The notes below the pieces were generated by a model. The model searched no databases and was not told the DNA's origin. It saw nothing but the letters and a program-made list of their open reading frames with translations. A stretch of 63,468 nucleotides of DNA, counting the filler, from Pelomyxa schiedti (lineage: Eukaryota; Protista; Evosea), in assembly GCA_020536535.1 (NCBI GenBank). It is 17 parts of 17 records of this genome, joined end to end, with 100 filler letters (N's around TTAATTAATTAA, not from the genome) between each part and the next. Parts side by side here need not be neighbours in the genome. Positions count along the whole stretch, not along the records: positions 37,162 to 39,068 come from JAHLWZ010002214.1; positions 39,169 to 41,920 come from JAHLWZ010000648.1; positions 42,021 to 43,173 come from JAHLWZ010002756.1; positions 43,274 to 44,689 come from JAHLWZ010002520.1; positions 44,790 to 52,879 come from JAHLWZ010000132.1; 12 more parts are not named here. One strand, 5' to 3'. The position numbers and the translations under genes are program-made. Within the stretch, counting starts at the first letter, position 1; every line of letters starts with the position of its first letter. Below, one piece after another: positions 37,162-48,103 of this stretch.

Positions 37162-37400
37162 TAGGAACGTCCTCTGCCATCTTTTCCATGTTTGCTTCCT
37201 GTTCTCATGCTGGCTTTATGTAAGCCATCAAGAAGTTCATACACGCCTGCATTGTCATTCAGAACTCTAAGGCAAAAGTTCTGGAAGCTATCAAGATGGA
37301 GCAATATTTCTGTAAGTACATTGCCTGCAAGAGCAACCTGTTGTTTTTTCGTTGGCTTTGCAAATAAAGGTGAAGGAGCCGTCGTCTCACAAGGCAACAA
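37162..37400 (-). CDS. Possible F-box-containing gene fragment
   Basis: LAGNVLTEILLHLDSFQNFCLRV resembles an F-box helix pattern; runs into the linker. Confidence 0.3.
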
Positions 37401-37809
37401 CAGGGGGAAAAAATAATGGCCCCGCTCAGAATCGAACTGAGATCAAGAGAGCCAAAATCTCCCATACTAACCATTATACTACGGAGCCTGAACATCTTGG
37501 GGTCTCTTGAACACAGAGTTGGTTCTGCTGCCATGCTTTTTTCCTGGAAAGAAAAAATTGGTGGACTCACACTTTTTTGGGCTCAATGCAAGAAGTCGGG
37601 GTGGGGGTGTGTTTGTTGTGTTGTAATTCCACCGCTGTTTCAGTGTTCCACTTCGCCCCGAACGGTGTCTTTTCTCTCAGATGTACACACTCAGATTCAA
37701 TTGTCCGTAGTTGCGAATATTAGAAAAAGGCAACAAAAACCAAAGAAGGGAGAAGAAAAAGGAAGAAAGAAACAGGTGCGGTAAACTTACCTCGCTCGTT
37801 ATCGTCGAC

Positions 37810-39068
37810 ATGCAGACGAGCAGCTCCCTCTCCGCCTCCTCCACGCACCAAGCTCCGTCGTGCGAAACCGACATGGAGCGCGAGTTGTCGGGTCTCCCGC
37901 CAGACATCCAGGCTCTGCTCAGGGCCGCACCGTTCGGCCGAGACGCCCGCGGTGCTCCCCTCACCACCCAGCCAAAGAGGCCCAGGAGGGGCACCCGCGC
38001 GCACCAATCATCATCATCATCATCATCAGCATCAGCCATCACCGCCGCCTCAACGACAACAACCACCTCCGCCGCGTCGGGTTCATCGTCATCATCATCA
38101 ACTCCTGACCCAGACAACAACACCCCCGCAGCTGCTGCTTCGTCAGCATCATCCTCGTCATCTTGTGCCACATCCACAACCACATCCACCAAAACCCGCT
38201 CCTTTTCCTCTTCTTCTTCCTCTTCCTCTTCCTCGTCCTCATCCACAGTCATCACCTCTTCCACCCCAAGTGCAGTGACAAAGAGCCAGCGCAAGCCCAC
38301 CGTGAAGCAGCCAAATCCCCCAAAACCCAAAAAGGGGAAAGTAGCTGCAGAGGCAGAGCCACGCAAACCACTTGTTGCTGTTGTTGACGGTCTCACTCCA
38401 ACCATCAGCACAATCACGCCTGCTGCTGCTCTTGCTGAAGGTGCACGAGTCGCCGAAACGGTAACGGAAACAAATGTGCCGAGCGTCACATCCTCTTCTT
38501 CAACAAAGCCAGAGGATCCAATTGGAACTCATGAAAGCCTCACCAGCAATGGCTCCTCAGAACATGAATCCGGGGTTCCGTCTGACACCAAAACAGCAGC
38601 CTCAGCCGATAATAATGGTGCAGAGACAAGAATGACTTCCGCTTCCACAGGAGTGACAACGCTGGTGGAACACGTCACCACCACCACCACCACCACCACC
38701 AAGGTTCCTTCTGGAAACTTCCAAGTGACAACAAGCTCCGTGGAGCCGCACATTGAAGGAATTTACTTGAGAGAGCAGATGGTGAGCCTCCTCGCGGGAA
38801 CTCTTCCCAGGTGCGGCAGTGCTTCTGCCCTGCGATTTCTGACGCCCTCGTTGTTATATTCCGTCTTCATTTTGGCAAGGCTCCGAGAAGAGGCTTGTCA
38901 TCGTGCTCCGCACCAGCACCGGTCATGGAACTCCCGAAGAGCGAGCCCTGAAGCTCGGACTCTGGCAGGATGCGGGTGTCATATCCTCGGAATTGGAAGT
39001 CAATCCCGTGTGGCGTTCTCCTGAAGAGCCCTGGTTGGTCACCTTCGCTGGAGAGGATCACTACGTCG
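37810..39068 (+). CDS. Ser/Thr-rich low-complexity protein, partial, probably multi-exon
   Basis: Long open frame MQTSSSLS..RELSGLPPDIQALL..poly-S/T..KPKKGK; splice structure after about 38780 unresolved. Confidence 0.45.
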
Positions 39069-39168
39069 NNNNNNNNNNNNNNNNNNNNNNNNNNNNNNNN
39101 NNNNNNNNNNNNTTAATTAATTAANNNNNNNNNNNNNNNNNNNNNNNNNNNNNNNNNNNNNNNNNNNN

Positions 39169-41920
39169 GGCCCTCTGACTCCGGGTACTCCTGGCTTACA
39201 TACAGTGAAGTTTCACAATTGTGCTGGGATATCACGTGCGGTCTTTATTGCTCTGGGGTAAAAGAATCTGACTTTGTCCTTGTGCATCTCGAAATTGGAC
39301 CTGCGTTTATGGTTTTTGTACTGAGTCTACTGTTGCTTGGATGCACAGTTATTCCTGTTGACATTGGTGTAGATCAAGCAACTCTGGACTCCATACTAGC
39401 GAGGGCTCTTCCTACAGCTTGCTTCTGTTACACTGAGAATAAACTACTGTTCCTCAGCACATCTTACGCCCCCAAATTGATTCTGTGTACTCCAAGAGAA
39501 AGCCTGTCTCGGAGAGCATGTATTTTGGGGGAGTTTACTTCTATTGCAACAGCTGGAAGAGAATACGATCAGAGAACCAGTATTATCCAGCATTTGATTC
39601 AACAAGGTTCTAGACGGGGTCCAACAGCTCCTGTGGCACTGATATTTACAAGTGGGACATCAGGTACTCCAAAAGGGGTACTGTTCACGGACGAATTTGT
39701 AACTCCCAAGAATCCGATTTCTACAGTTCAACCTTTTGTCAGGATCCACTTTCAATCATATGACCAGTCCTTCATACTCTCACTGCTGTCCTTAATGAAA
39801 TACGCAGGGTGCGTTGCTTTTTCCCGAAATGGTGCCGCATCTGTTTTAGATGACATGCAGTACGCCAGACCAACTAATGTCGGCGCTCCCCCGGTTTTCT
39901 GGAATACACTCTACAAGGAATTCTGTCTCCAGCTTACCTCTGAAAGTAAAGGTAACCCAAAGGCTGATCACGCAAGTTTGCAACAAAAAGTGGCTCAACA
40001 TCTGGCTCAACAGACTGGAAACAGGATAAAGATTGCCACCTCTGGAGGTGCTCCCATATCACGGGAAGTAGTTCAATTCATGAGAGACTTTCTTCACTTG
40101 CATCTGGAAGACTTATACGGCACATGTGAGACTTCGGGAATAGCCAGTAATGGGACTGTCTACCCTGGCGTTCAAGTCCAAATCCTTCCTCTCCCAGGAG
40201 AGGAGGCCCAACCCAATTTCGGGGAAATATGTGTACACTCCCCCCGAATAATCACAGAGTACTGGAAAGATCCTGAAGGAACAGCCAAATCTTTTACGAC
40301 CATAGCGGGGAAAATCTTTTACAGAACCGGGGATGTTGGGTCTGTAGTTACACAGGACGGTACCACAAGAATCATTGCTATAGACAGGCTTAGTTCTGGA
40401 TTCAAGCTCTCGGAAGGGAAATGGGTGCCCACTGGGATATTGGAAACCCTCCTCGAGGAGATACCTATTGTAGGACAAGCTCTAGTGATTCCCTGCACCG
40501 CAAACCTGCACACAGTTGCAGTTATTGTGCCCTNNNNNNNNNNNNNNNNNNNNNNNNNNNNNNNNNNNNNNNNNNNNNNNNNNNNNNNNNNNNNNNNNNN
40601 NNNNNNNNNNNNNNNNNNNNNNNNNNNNNNNNNGAAGGGAAATGGGTGCCCACTGGGATATTGGAAACCCTCCTCGAGGAGATACCTATTGTAGGACAAG
40701 CTCTAGTGATTCCCTGCACCGCAAACCTGCACACAGTTGCAGTTATTGTGCCCTCGGGCAATTTTCACGAGTTCTGGGACAATGAGATATCTGAATGTGA
40801 GGCAAACACCTATATGCTTCATACAATAGATCGGTGGTGCCGACTTAAACGAAGAGAGGCTTTTGAGATACCCCACTCGGTATTACTTGAAAGATCAAAG
40901 TGGTCCTCACTCAACGGACTAGTAACAGGATCAGGAAAAAAGAAGAGATTTGCTCTTTTGACTCGATATAAAAGCATGCAAATAAGTTGTGGGCCTTGCT
41001 CATTCACAGTCGGGATATCCAGTTACGTTTCACAAACTTTATCCTCGGAATTTACTGCTTTACTTCAGCGTGTTCTCCCTTCATGTCCTTCATCAATTCC
41101 AATTGATTCCACCTTTGCTTTTCTTGGAGGCAATAGTCTCTGTGTTGGAAGATTGGCAACACTCCTTTTTCAGCACTTCGGCCTTCATCTTCCTCCAAAA
41201 GATATTTTAAGTTTGCCCTTGCATGAAATTGCTGATATGATAACAACAAAGCAAGGGATGGGCTGGTGCCCGGCCACTTCTACAGCAAAGGTTGTGGGTG
41301 CTCCAAATTGGCAATCTGAGTGGACCCTGAGAATAGAAATAGACCCTCTTCAACTGGAAGCACCTCGCTCCTCTGGGATTTTCCTCACCGGGGGTACTGG
41401 TTTCCTTGGAACAGTTATTCTGTGTGAACTTCTGGCACTGGGTGATGTGCAACCTATATACTGCCTTGTGCGAGCTTCCACTACACAAGAAGGAGGCGAG
41501 AGGCTATTTTCTTCTTTGAGAGCGGTAATGTTGGGAGAGAATCTACTTTCATCTGCCCACAGTAGAGTTGTTCCAGTTCTCGGAGACCTCTCCAAGGAAT
41601 ATCTTGGGATGGATGTAAATTCTTTCAGGGAGTTAGCCACTTCCGTTGACTGCATCATACATTGCGGCTCCAAAGTGAGTGCAATTCTACCCTATTCATC
41701 TCTTAAAGGGGTCAACGTAGGAGGGACTGAATCCATCCTCAAGCTCGCAGCTCTAAGTGGTGCAACATTGAGCTACGTATCAACAATAGATGCGATTTCC
41801 GAGAGAAGACAGCAGGATGACAATTGGCAGTTCCTTTCGGACTTGGAGATGAATGTAAAAACCGGCTATGCTCAAAGTAAAGCGGTGGCTGAAAGATTAG
41901 TGCTCGAAGCATTCAGGACA
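39169..41920 (+). CDS. NRPS-like adenylation-thiolation-reductase (carboxylic acid reductase-like) protein, truncated at both ends
   Basis: A domain: YSWLTYSEV, IFTSGTSGTPKG, YGTCETSG, FYRTGDVG, IDRLSSGFKLSEGKWV. T domain: FLGGNSL. R domain: IFLTGGTGFLG, IIHCGS.V..LPY..L..VNVGGT, GYAQSKAVAE. One continuous frame once the 40413-40753 gap overlap is collapsed. Confidence 0.9.
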
Positions 41921-42020
41921 NNNNNNNNNNNNNNNNNNNNNNNNNNNNNNNNNNNNNNNNNNNNTTAATTAATTAANNNNNNNNNNNNNNNNNNNNNNNN
42001 NNNNNNNNNNNNNNNNNNNN

Positions 42021-42696
42021 AGCCCCACTTTTTCCTGGGTCTTTGGGAGCTGCTTGGGGGAGTTTGTGGCTGGTTGTGGGTGAGGGGAGTAGTGGCCTCT
42101 GGGGGCGTGTTGGCCTCATCACTCTCGATTGGTTCTGGTGCCGTGGTGGTGGTTGTGGTTGTGGTTGTTACGGTTTGCGGCGGTTGTTGTGGTGGTTGTG
42201 CTATGCTTGCGGCTGGTGATGAGGGGTCATCATCAGCAGGAAGGGGGGCGATTTGGGGGTCACTGACTTGTGGGATTTCTATTAGCTCAAGCTCGTCGTC
42301 GTCGGCGCACTGTGGCGCAGCTTCAGTGTTGTTTTTGTTTTGCTGCTCCAGTTGCTGTTGGTTGTGGTTTGGTTTGGATGGGGAGTACGCGCTTGTGTGC
42401 GTGTTTGTGTTTGTTTCTATGTTGTTGTTGGTGTTTGTGTTTGTTGCTGTTGATGTTGTTGTGCTGTAGTCGCGGTCCACGATGACCACGTCGGTGTCGT
42501 CGGTGGCCTTGACGGTCTCGCCCCCGTCGTCGTCGTCGCCGTCGCCGCCGACGGAGATCACATCTTGCTGTTGTTCGTCGTCGCTCGTTGTGGCGCCGCC
42601 ACGGCCATCTGAGGTCGTCGAGGCGTAAGACTCCCGTGCACCTTCGTCCTCCGAGTTGGATGGCGATTCGTCCTCGGACGACTCCGAGTTGCTCAT
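42021..42696 (-). CDS. Acidic/Thr/Pro-rich low-complexity N-terminus, truncated
   Basis: ATG 42696 MSNSESSEDESPS..; open to the linker; ends in the basic stretch QRPRKKWG. Confidence 0.5.
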
Positions 42697-43378
42697 TTGT
42701 TGGCGATCGCAGTTCAGGGAAAATCCTGAGGCGGTGGAATCTGTCGACCGAGAGAGATTGAGCGCACAAGAGAGGAACACACGCCGAGGGGGCTGTGGCT
42801 TGCTTGCGAGGCACGGTTGCAGCGCAGGGGCATCTTACCAAATCTGAAGATTCCATCATGGATATTTGGCGTTATGCGAAGTGAGAAATTTCATGAAAGC
42901 AAAAACTTGATTTTTTTGTGTGTGTCGGCACAAGGGACGCCCAAAGGACGTTGGTTTGATTGTGTCATTAAGTTTAGAGTACGGGTTAACCTCCAAAACT
43001 AAATTAAATACCTTGACTTTTTTTTTTTGACACCCCAGAAATGAATAATAGTGTGGGTAACAATGTGGACCTAACATTAAATCGGTTATTCTTCTTCTTA
43101 GCGAGGCAGATGTCTGATAAGGCGGCGGAGAAGCACAGACTAAAAGAGGAGAAGAAGAGGGCAAAGGAAGAAANNNNNNNNNNNNNNNNNNNNNNNNNNN
43201 NNNNNNNNNNNNNNNNNTTAATTAATTAANNNNNNNNNNNNNNNNNNNNNNNNNNNNNNNNNNNNNNNNNNNNTGCACCCCGTGGCCGATGGTCTTGTAG
43301 AAAACGCCTTTTTTTTCCGTCTCAGTTCCTCGTCTCTGGACTGAGAAAACTAATAAACCCGATAAAAAGTGTGCACAC

Positions 43379-44629
43379 TTGGGCAGTCCCAAAAATCAAT
43401 TCCCTAATCACGATGAACGTACCGCGATCCGCTCTACCACTACTACGGCCTATGGCCTAGATCCTAGCGCATTTGTCCCACCCTCTGATGAGGAGACTCT
43501 GGCACCTACGAACGACGTCCAGCCGACTACGGGCAGTGCGACCCATGCCCAGGCGGACCCTACCGACACTCTTGGATCTGCCGCTGCTACCGATGCGCCG
43601 CAGATGACTACGAACGCGCCCGCCACGGCAATCACGCAGGACGTATTTGTTCCTCAACAACCTATTACCACGGCACCTTTCCCCAATCACGCACCCATTA
43701 CAACGGCTGTACCTTCCCAACAAATTCCTGTTCACCCTTACGTTATGCCCAATCCGGTCGATCCTGGGGTTATGTATCGTGCTCCTCCCCAATCGGCCAA
43801 TCAAGTTAACCCCCTGAATTCTGAAGATAAGCACCTCAAGTTGCAGTACTTTGATGGCTCTGCTGATGCCATGCAATGGTGGCAACGACTAGAGGTCATA
43901 CGCAATGAGACACGCTGGACTGAGGGAACTACTTTGAGTAAGGCGAGACTGGCCATGATAGGCTCAGCGGTTGGTTTTGCAGTACTGGCAAGGGATATCA
44001 CGAGTCTGGAAGAGTTCAAGAGAAGGTTCTTGAAGCGATTTGGCGTGTTAAGTGACGAGTCAGAAACCGACCGCTTCCTTGCATTGACACAAGGAGGTGA
44101 CGAGCCGGTGGAAAGGTGGTGGAAGCGAGTGCAGGCGGAAGCCTCACATAACCCTGACCTGGCGAGATTTCAGCTGAATGTGTTCCGCCGCGGCGCGCGT
44201 GAGGAGTACCGATGTGATCTGATCAAGGCAATTTCAGTGAAGGATATGGATGATGCCTTAGAGCTGTGCAGGCGGTTGGATGAGGTGCGACCCAAGCCGG
44301 CTACTGCACCACCGCAAGCTAGGCATCCCCCAAAACGGTCAAGCCGACCTGATCGCGAGCGAGCGTGCTTTGGGTGTGGGCAGACTGGGCATGTTGTACG
44401 GGACTGTCCTAAGTACCATCAGCAAGCCAATACAACCCCAATCTCTAGTGCCGCTGTGATTACTTGTGCACTGAAGGGATGTACCAATACCGTACCCCAA
44501 CCACCTGGAAAGCATTATCGCTTCTGCTGCCCACTACACAAGTATCAGGCTGACCAACAAGCACAAACCCCGTCTTTAAACACCACACCTGTGACGGCCC
44601 CTCAGGGCTCCACCGCCACAGGTTGCTAA
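43379..44629 (+). mobile_element. gag: Retrotransposon Gag-like ORF (capsid-like region + CCHC knuckle)
   Basis: LQYFDGSADAMQWWQRLE..W..SLEEFKRRFLKRFG..FLALTQG.DEPVE.W (Ty3/gypsy-type gag pattern) and CFGCGQTGHVVRDC (CX2CX4HX4C). Intronless; first ATG at 43604. Confidence 0.8.
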
Positions 44630-44789
44630 GAGGAATTAACAGAATTCTTTCTACAGTAAGGAGCTCTTTATTCTTTGAACGTTGGACATNNNNNNNNNNN
44701 NNNNNNNNNNNNNNNNNNNNNNNNNNNNNNNNNTTAATTAATTAANNNNNNNNNNNNNNNNNNNNNNNNNNNNNNNNNNNNNNNNNNNN

Positions 44790-46016
44790 CAACAACAGCA
44801 ACAACAACACGCGTCGTCATCATCATCAACTTCTTCTTCTTCAACTTCACACACGGGGGTCAACACCACAACCGATTCCAAGGACGATGTGGCTGCATCT
44901 ACGAATAAGACTACTCACAACAACACACCTCAGTCGTGGTGGGGAATGTGGAACCAGGAGAGGGACATCAATGTTGTTCACATGTGCGCGGCCCTGGGCC
45001 ACCTCGAGGAGATGGATATGGTGCTGGATTACTGGTCGGCGATAATGGTGTCACAGTACATGTCAGCTGTTGCCGCTGGTGGTGGTGGTGGTGGGGCGTT
45101 GAGTGCAAGCTCGCAGGGCAGCAGTGACCCGGTTGAGGCTGCAAAGGGGCTGGTGAATTCCATAACAAGGAACACGCTGGAATTCACTCCGCTGATGTAT
45201 GCCATATATGAGGGGCACTATGGTGTTGTGGAGTGTTTGATGAACAAGTGGAGGGCTGATCCCGCTTTGTTGTGCGGAAACGAGTTATTTAAGAGATTCA
45301 CGGCTCTACATTTGTGTGCAAAATTCAACAGGCCCGAGTGCGCAGAAGTTGTATTGGCTGCCAGCACAGAATACACCCGACTTGTTATGATAAAGACCGA
45401 TTATAAAAAGGCCAAGACCGGCACACCGCTGGAGGTTGCACTGGGATCTGGGAATTTGAGAGTTGCAAGAGTTTTTACAGACACAAAATGGGGAACTCAG
45501 CTCATGAGAGCCATGGAAAAGAGAGACCCAATCAGGAAGTACTGGACACGGACGCGTAACCTCAAGACACTTCCTTTCCTCTGCCAGACATTCACTCGAG
45601 GATTGGAAGACGCCTTTGTGCATGAGCACAGCAGATACTGGCCCATCATTATGCAGAATCCAGGGTTTACCAGAGTGATAAATTATGTATCTTTGCGTGT
45701 TCCAAGACTCACACCTCTGTTTGCAGCGACTATGCAGGGAGAAGAAGAGACTGCAATAAAGCTCCTGTCTATGGGCGCTGATCCAAATATTTCCTGCAAA
45801 GTTCCAAGTTCTTGGCGGAAAGAAAATGATCTCCCAAAAACCACCTTAACTCCGATGGTGATAGCTGTGGTGCGTAACAGCAAGAACTTAGTATGTGCAA
45901 TGAGGAAACAAAGCGGAGTTCTTCCTGCCGATTTTATCCAGCTGTGGAGTGAACCGGATTTTATCTTTGATATTGAAGCATTCCTTGACGGTTTTTCGCC
46001 TCAGTTTCTGATATAA
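44790..46016 (+). CDS. Ankyrin repeat protein, 5' truncated
   Basis: FTPLMYAIYEGHYGVVECLM, FTALHLCAKFNRPECAEVVL, TPLEVALGSGN, TPLFAATMQGEEETAIKLLSMGADPNI; the frame is open back to the linker. Confidence 0.88.
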   Translation, partial: QQQQQQHASSSSSTSSSSTSHTGVNTTTDSKDDVAASTNKTTHNNTPQSWWGMWNQERDINVVHMCAALGHLEEMDMVLDYWSAIMVSQYMSAVAAGGGGGGALSASSQGSSDPVEAAKGLVNSITRNTLEFTPLMYAIYEGHYGVVECLMNKWRADPALLCGNELFKRFTALHLCAKFNRPECAEVVLAASTEYTRLVMIKTDYKKAKTGTPLEVALGSGNLRVARVFTDTKWGTQLMRAMEKRDPIRKYWTRTRNLKTLPFLCQTFTRGLEDAFVHEHSRYWPIIMQNPGFTRVINYVSLRVPRLTPLFAATMQGEEETAIKLLSMGADPNISCKVPSSWRKENDLPKTTLTPMVIAVVRNSKNLVCAMRKQSGVLPADFIQLWSEPDFIFDIEAFLDGFSPQFLI

Positions 46017-46649
46017 TTAACATTAGTCAGGGTCTTGGGAAAATCATTCCGGAATGCGGCAAGAGTATAAGGCGGCCTTGCCACACACTCGAGTGCACCG
46101 CAAAATGTATATATCGAAATTTCTGCTTGACTCAGACCTCACGCAAGGAATTCAGTATGATTTATTTGTACCTTAGGCACATTGTTTAATGGAGCACTAG
46201 GATTGACACAAACATAACATCTTTGATGATCCGGTATCAAGCTGCCATCACCGGAGTTTTGGAGTTGGTGAATATCCAGGCCCTTGGGAGACTGCAACAG
46301 ACCTCACAATTTTGGTTGGTATTGCGAAATGTGTATCAACCTTTTAACTTTGTTGCTTAGGTATCATGCCGCCAGCATAAATTCCTTATGGAAGGTACCG
46401 GCAACAAAAGGATTTGATTTCATTTTATTATAATGTACCATGCAGTTTGCTTTGATGAATACCAGCCGCACTTGGCCCGAATTTGCCAGAAATAAGCTTT
46501 CGCTCTGTATTGACCTCTTGGACAAGCATTCTTCCACCCAGGTTTGTTGAACAATACGTATTTTCCATTCCACACTCACCACCGGTTTTGCCATCGTAAC
46601 TCACCATAAACCTCTCAGTGGAAACACGTCGGGTTCTTCTGGCTTGCAA

Positions 46650-47330
46650 GGAACCGGTGCCACTACTGTAGAGTCAGATACCGGCACTGTGATGATAAGA
46701 ACGCCTCGGACACGCATTGCAATGGTTGGACTAGTTCCAGGCACCATCACCCAGAATCCCACATTCCCCAGCTCAAGGCCATCCGCTCNNNNNNNNNNNN
46801 NNNNNNNNNNNNNNNNNNNNNNNNNNNNNNNNNNNNNNNNNNNNNNNNNNNNNNNNNNNNNNNNNNNNNNNNNNNNNNNNNNNNNNNNGTAGAGTCAGAT
46901 ACCGGCACTGTGATGATAAGAACGCCTCGGACACGCATTGCAATGGTTGGACTAGTTCCAGGCACCATCACCCAGAATCCCACATTCCCCAGCTCAAGGC
47001 CATCCGCTCAGCCTACGACTCCCTTCTCGAAACGTGACCACTGCAACCACGTTTTTTACCCAGTCCTCAATTCTATTGATGATCATGCACTGGCATAACT
47101 CTGCAATGCACAGACTCGCTGCCTCCGCTGAGAACGCAACCACCCAGCTGGATACCAGAACAGGCGGGCGAGGCACGGGGACGACAGCGCGGGGCGGGCG
47201 GGGCTGCTGGCCCCGCACCCCGAGTGGGACGCAGCGGCGAGGGCCAGCAGGTACAGGCTCGCTGGCTGGAGGGACCGTGGGCCGCATTGAGACGACGCAA
47301 CCAGGTGTTGTGCTGAGTTGTATGACCGGC
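46650..47330 (-). pseudogene. Decayed expanded-family gene ('LLALAAASHSGCGASSPAR' leader)
   Basis: Leader motif present at about 47190-47260; the downstream frame is broken by frameshifts and stops. Confidence 0.4.
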
Positions 47331-47436
47331 AGAGGAGGCGCCGTCGTATGGCTCTTCGACTCTTGTGTTGCGGTGGCTGTGTGTCCGATACGGAGAATAA
47401 AATCAAAAGAAAAAAAGGAAGGGGTATTGTTTGAAA

Positions 47437-47778
47437 ATGAATCGACAGGAAGACCTGCTCGAAGCGTTTCGAATTTTTGACGACAAAGGTAGACGATGCT
47501 ACTCGAGTTTAATAAACTGTTGAAGGGCGATAATAACGCCAAACAAATAAGGCAAAGGGTACTTGACCAGTGATGAATTCACAAAGGTGTTGCGACTAGG
47601 CGGTGTCGTAGACGACAACGAGGTATCAGCCCCCAGTCAGAACAATTAATTGACGATTCAAAACGACTCTCAGATAGCGGATCTCGTTGACACAATGGAC
47701 ATCAAGGGCGAGGATGCGATCTACTACGAGACCCTGGTGCCTTCCCTCCTCAAGAAGCAACCGGACCTTCTTTCGTGA
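47437..47778 (+). CDS. Single-lobe (two EF-hand) calmodulin-like protein, MlcB-type myosin light chain
   Basis: Three exons: MNRQEDLLEAFRIFDDK|GKGYLTSDEFTKVLRLGGVVDDNE|IADLVDTMDIKGEDAIYYETLVPSLLKKQPDLLS* (about 75 aa). Not in the ORF track. Confidence 0.8.
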
Positions 47779-48103
47779 CGATTGAACGAGATCATCACAA
47801 ACCCAAGGTGATCAACGGATACTGCCAGTCCACCTCTGGTTATTGTGTTTGTCACTCAACCACCATTTGTACTGTACTCTTTTGCATCGTAGCCACCAGT
47901 CTCAGCCACTGGATTTTTTCAAGTTGGTTCTTTTTTCATTCGCGAAAATTTTTTGGTTTTTCATAGGAACGATGGTACCGTTTGAATAGTGGTACAACAC
48001 CGACCCTTTAAATACTATGTAAATTCATTCAAAATATAAAATCAATAACAAAAAGAATATATTAAGAAAACAAAAACAAAACAAACTTATAAAAAAACAA
48101 AAA

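Noticed and set aside
40413-40753. Internal tandem duplication in the CAR-like gene (and similar 120-bp repeats at five other gaps)
   Set aside because: Exact copies flank 100-N gaps; these are unmerged overlaps from scaffolding.
24317-41920. A functional gene cluster linking the helicase-MTase, repeats and CAR
   Set aside because: These lie on different contigs separated by artificial linkers, so adjacency is meaningless.
43274-43320. LTR end and primer-binding site upstream of gag
   Set aside because: No TG..CA repeat or convincing tRNA complement is visible; the contig is too short.
46364-46594. BRCT domain (WKIRIVQQTWVEECLSK)
   Set aside because: Only the last BRCT helix is recognisable, and no upstream frame or splice links it to the rest of a domain; at best a remnant.
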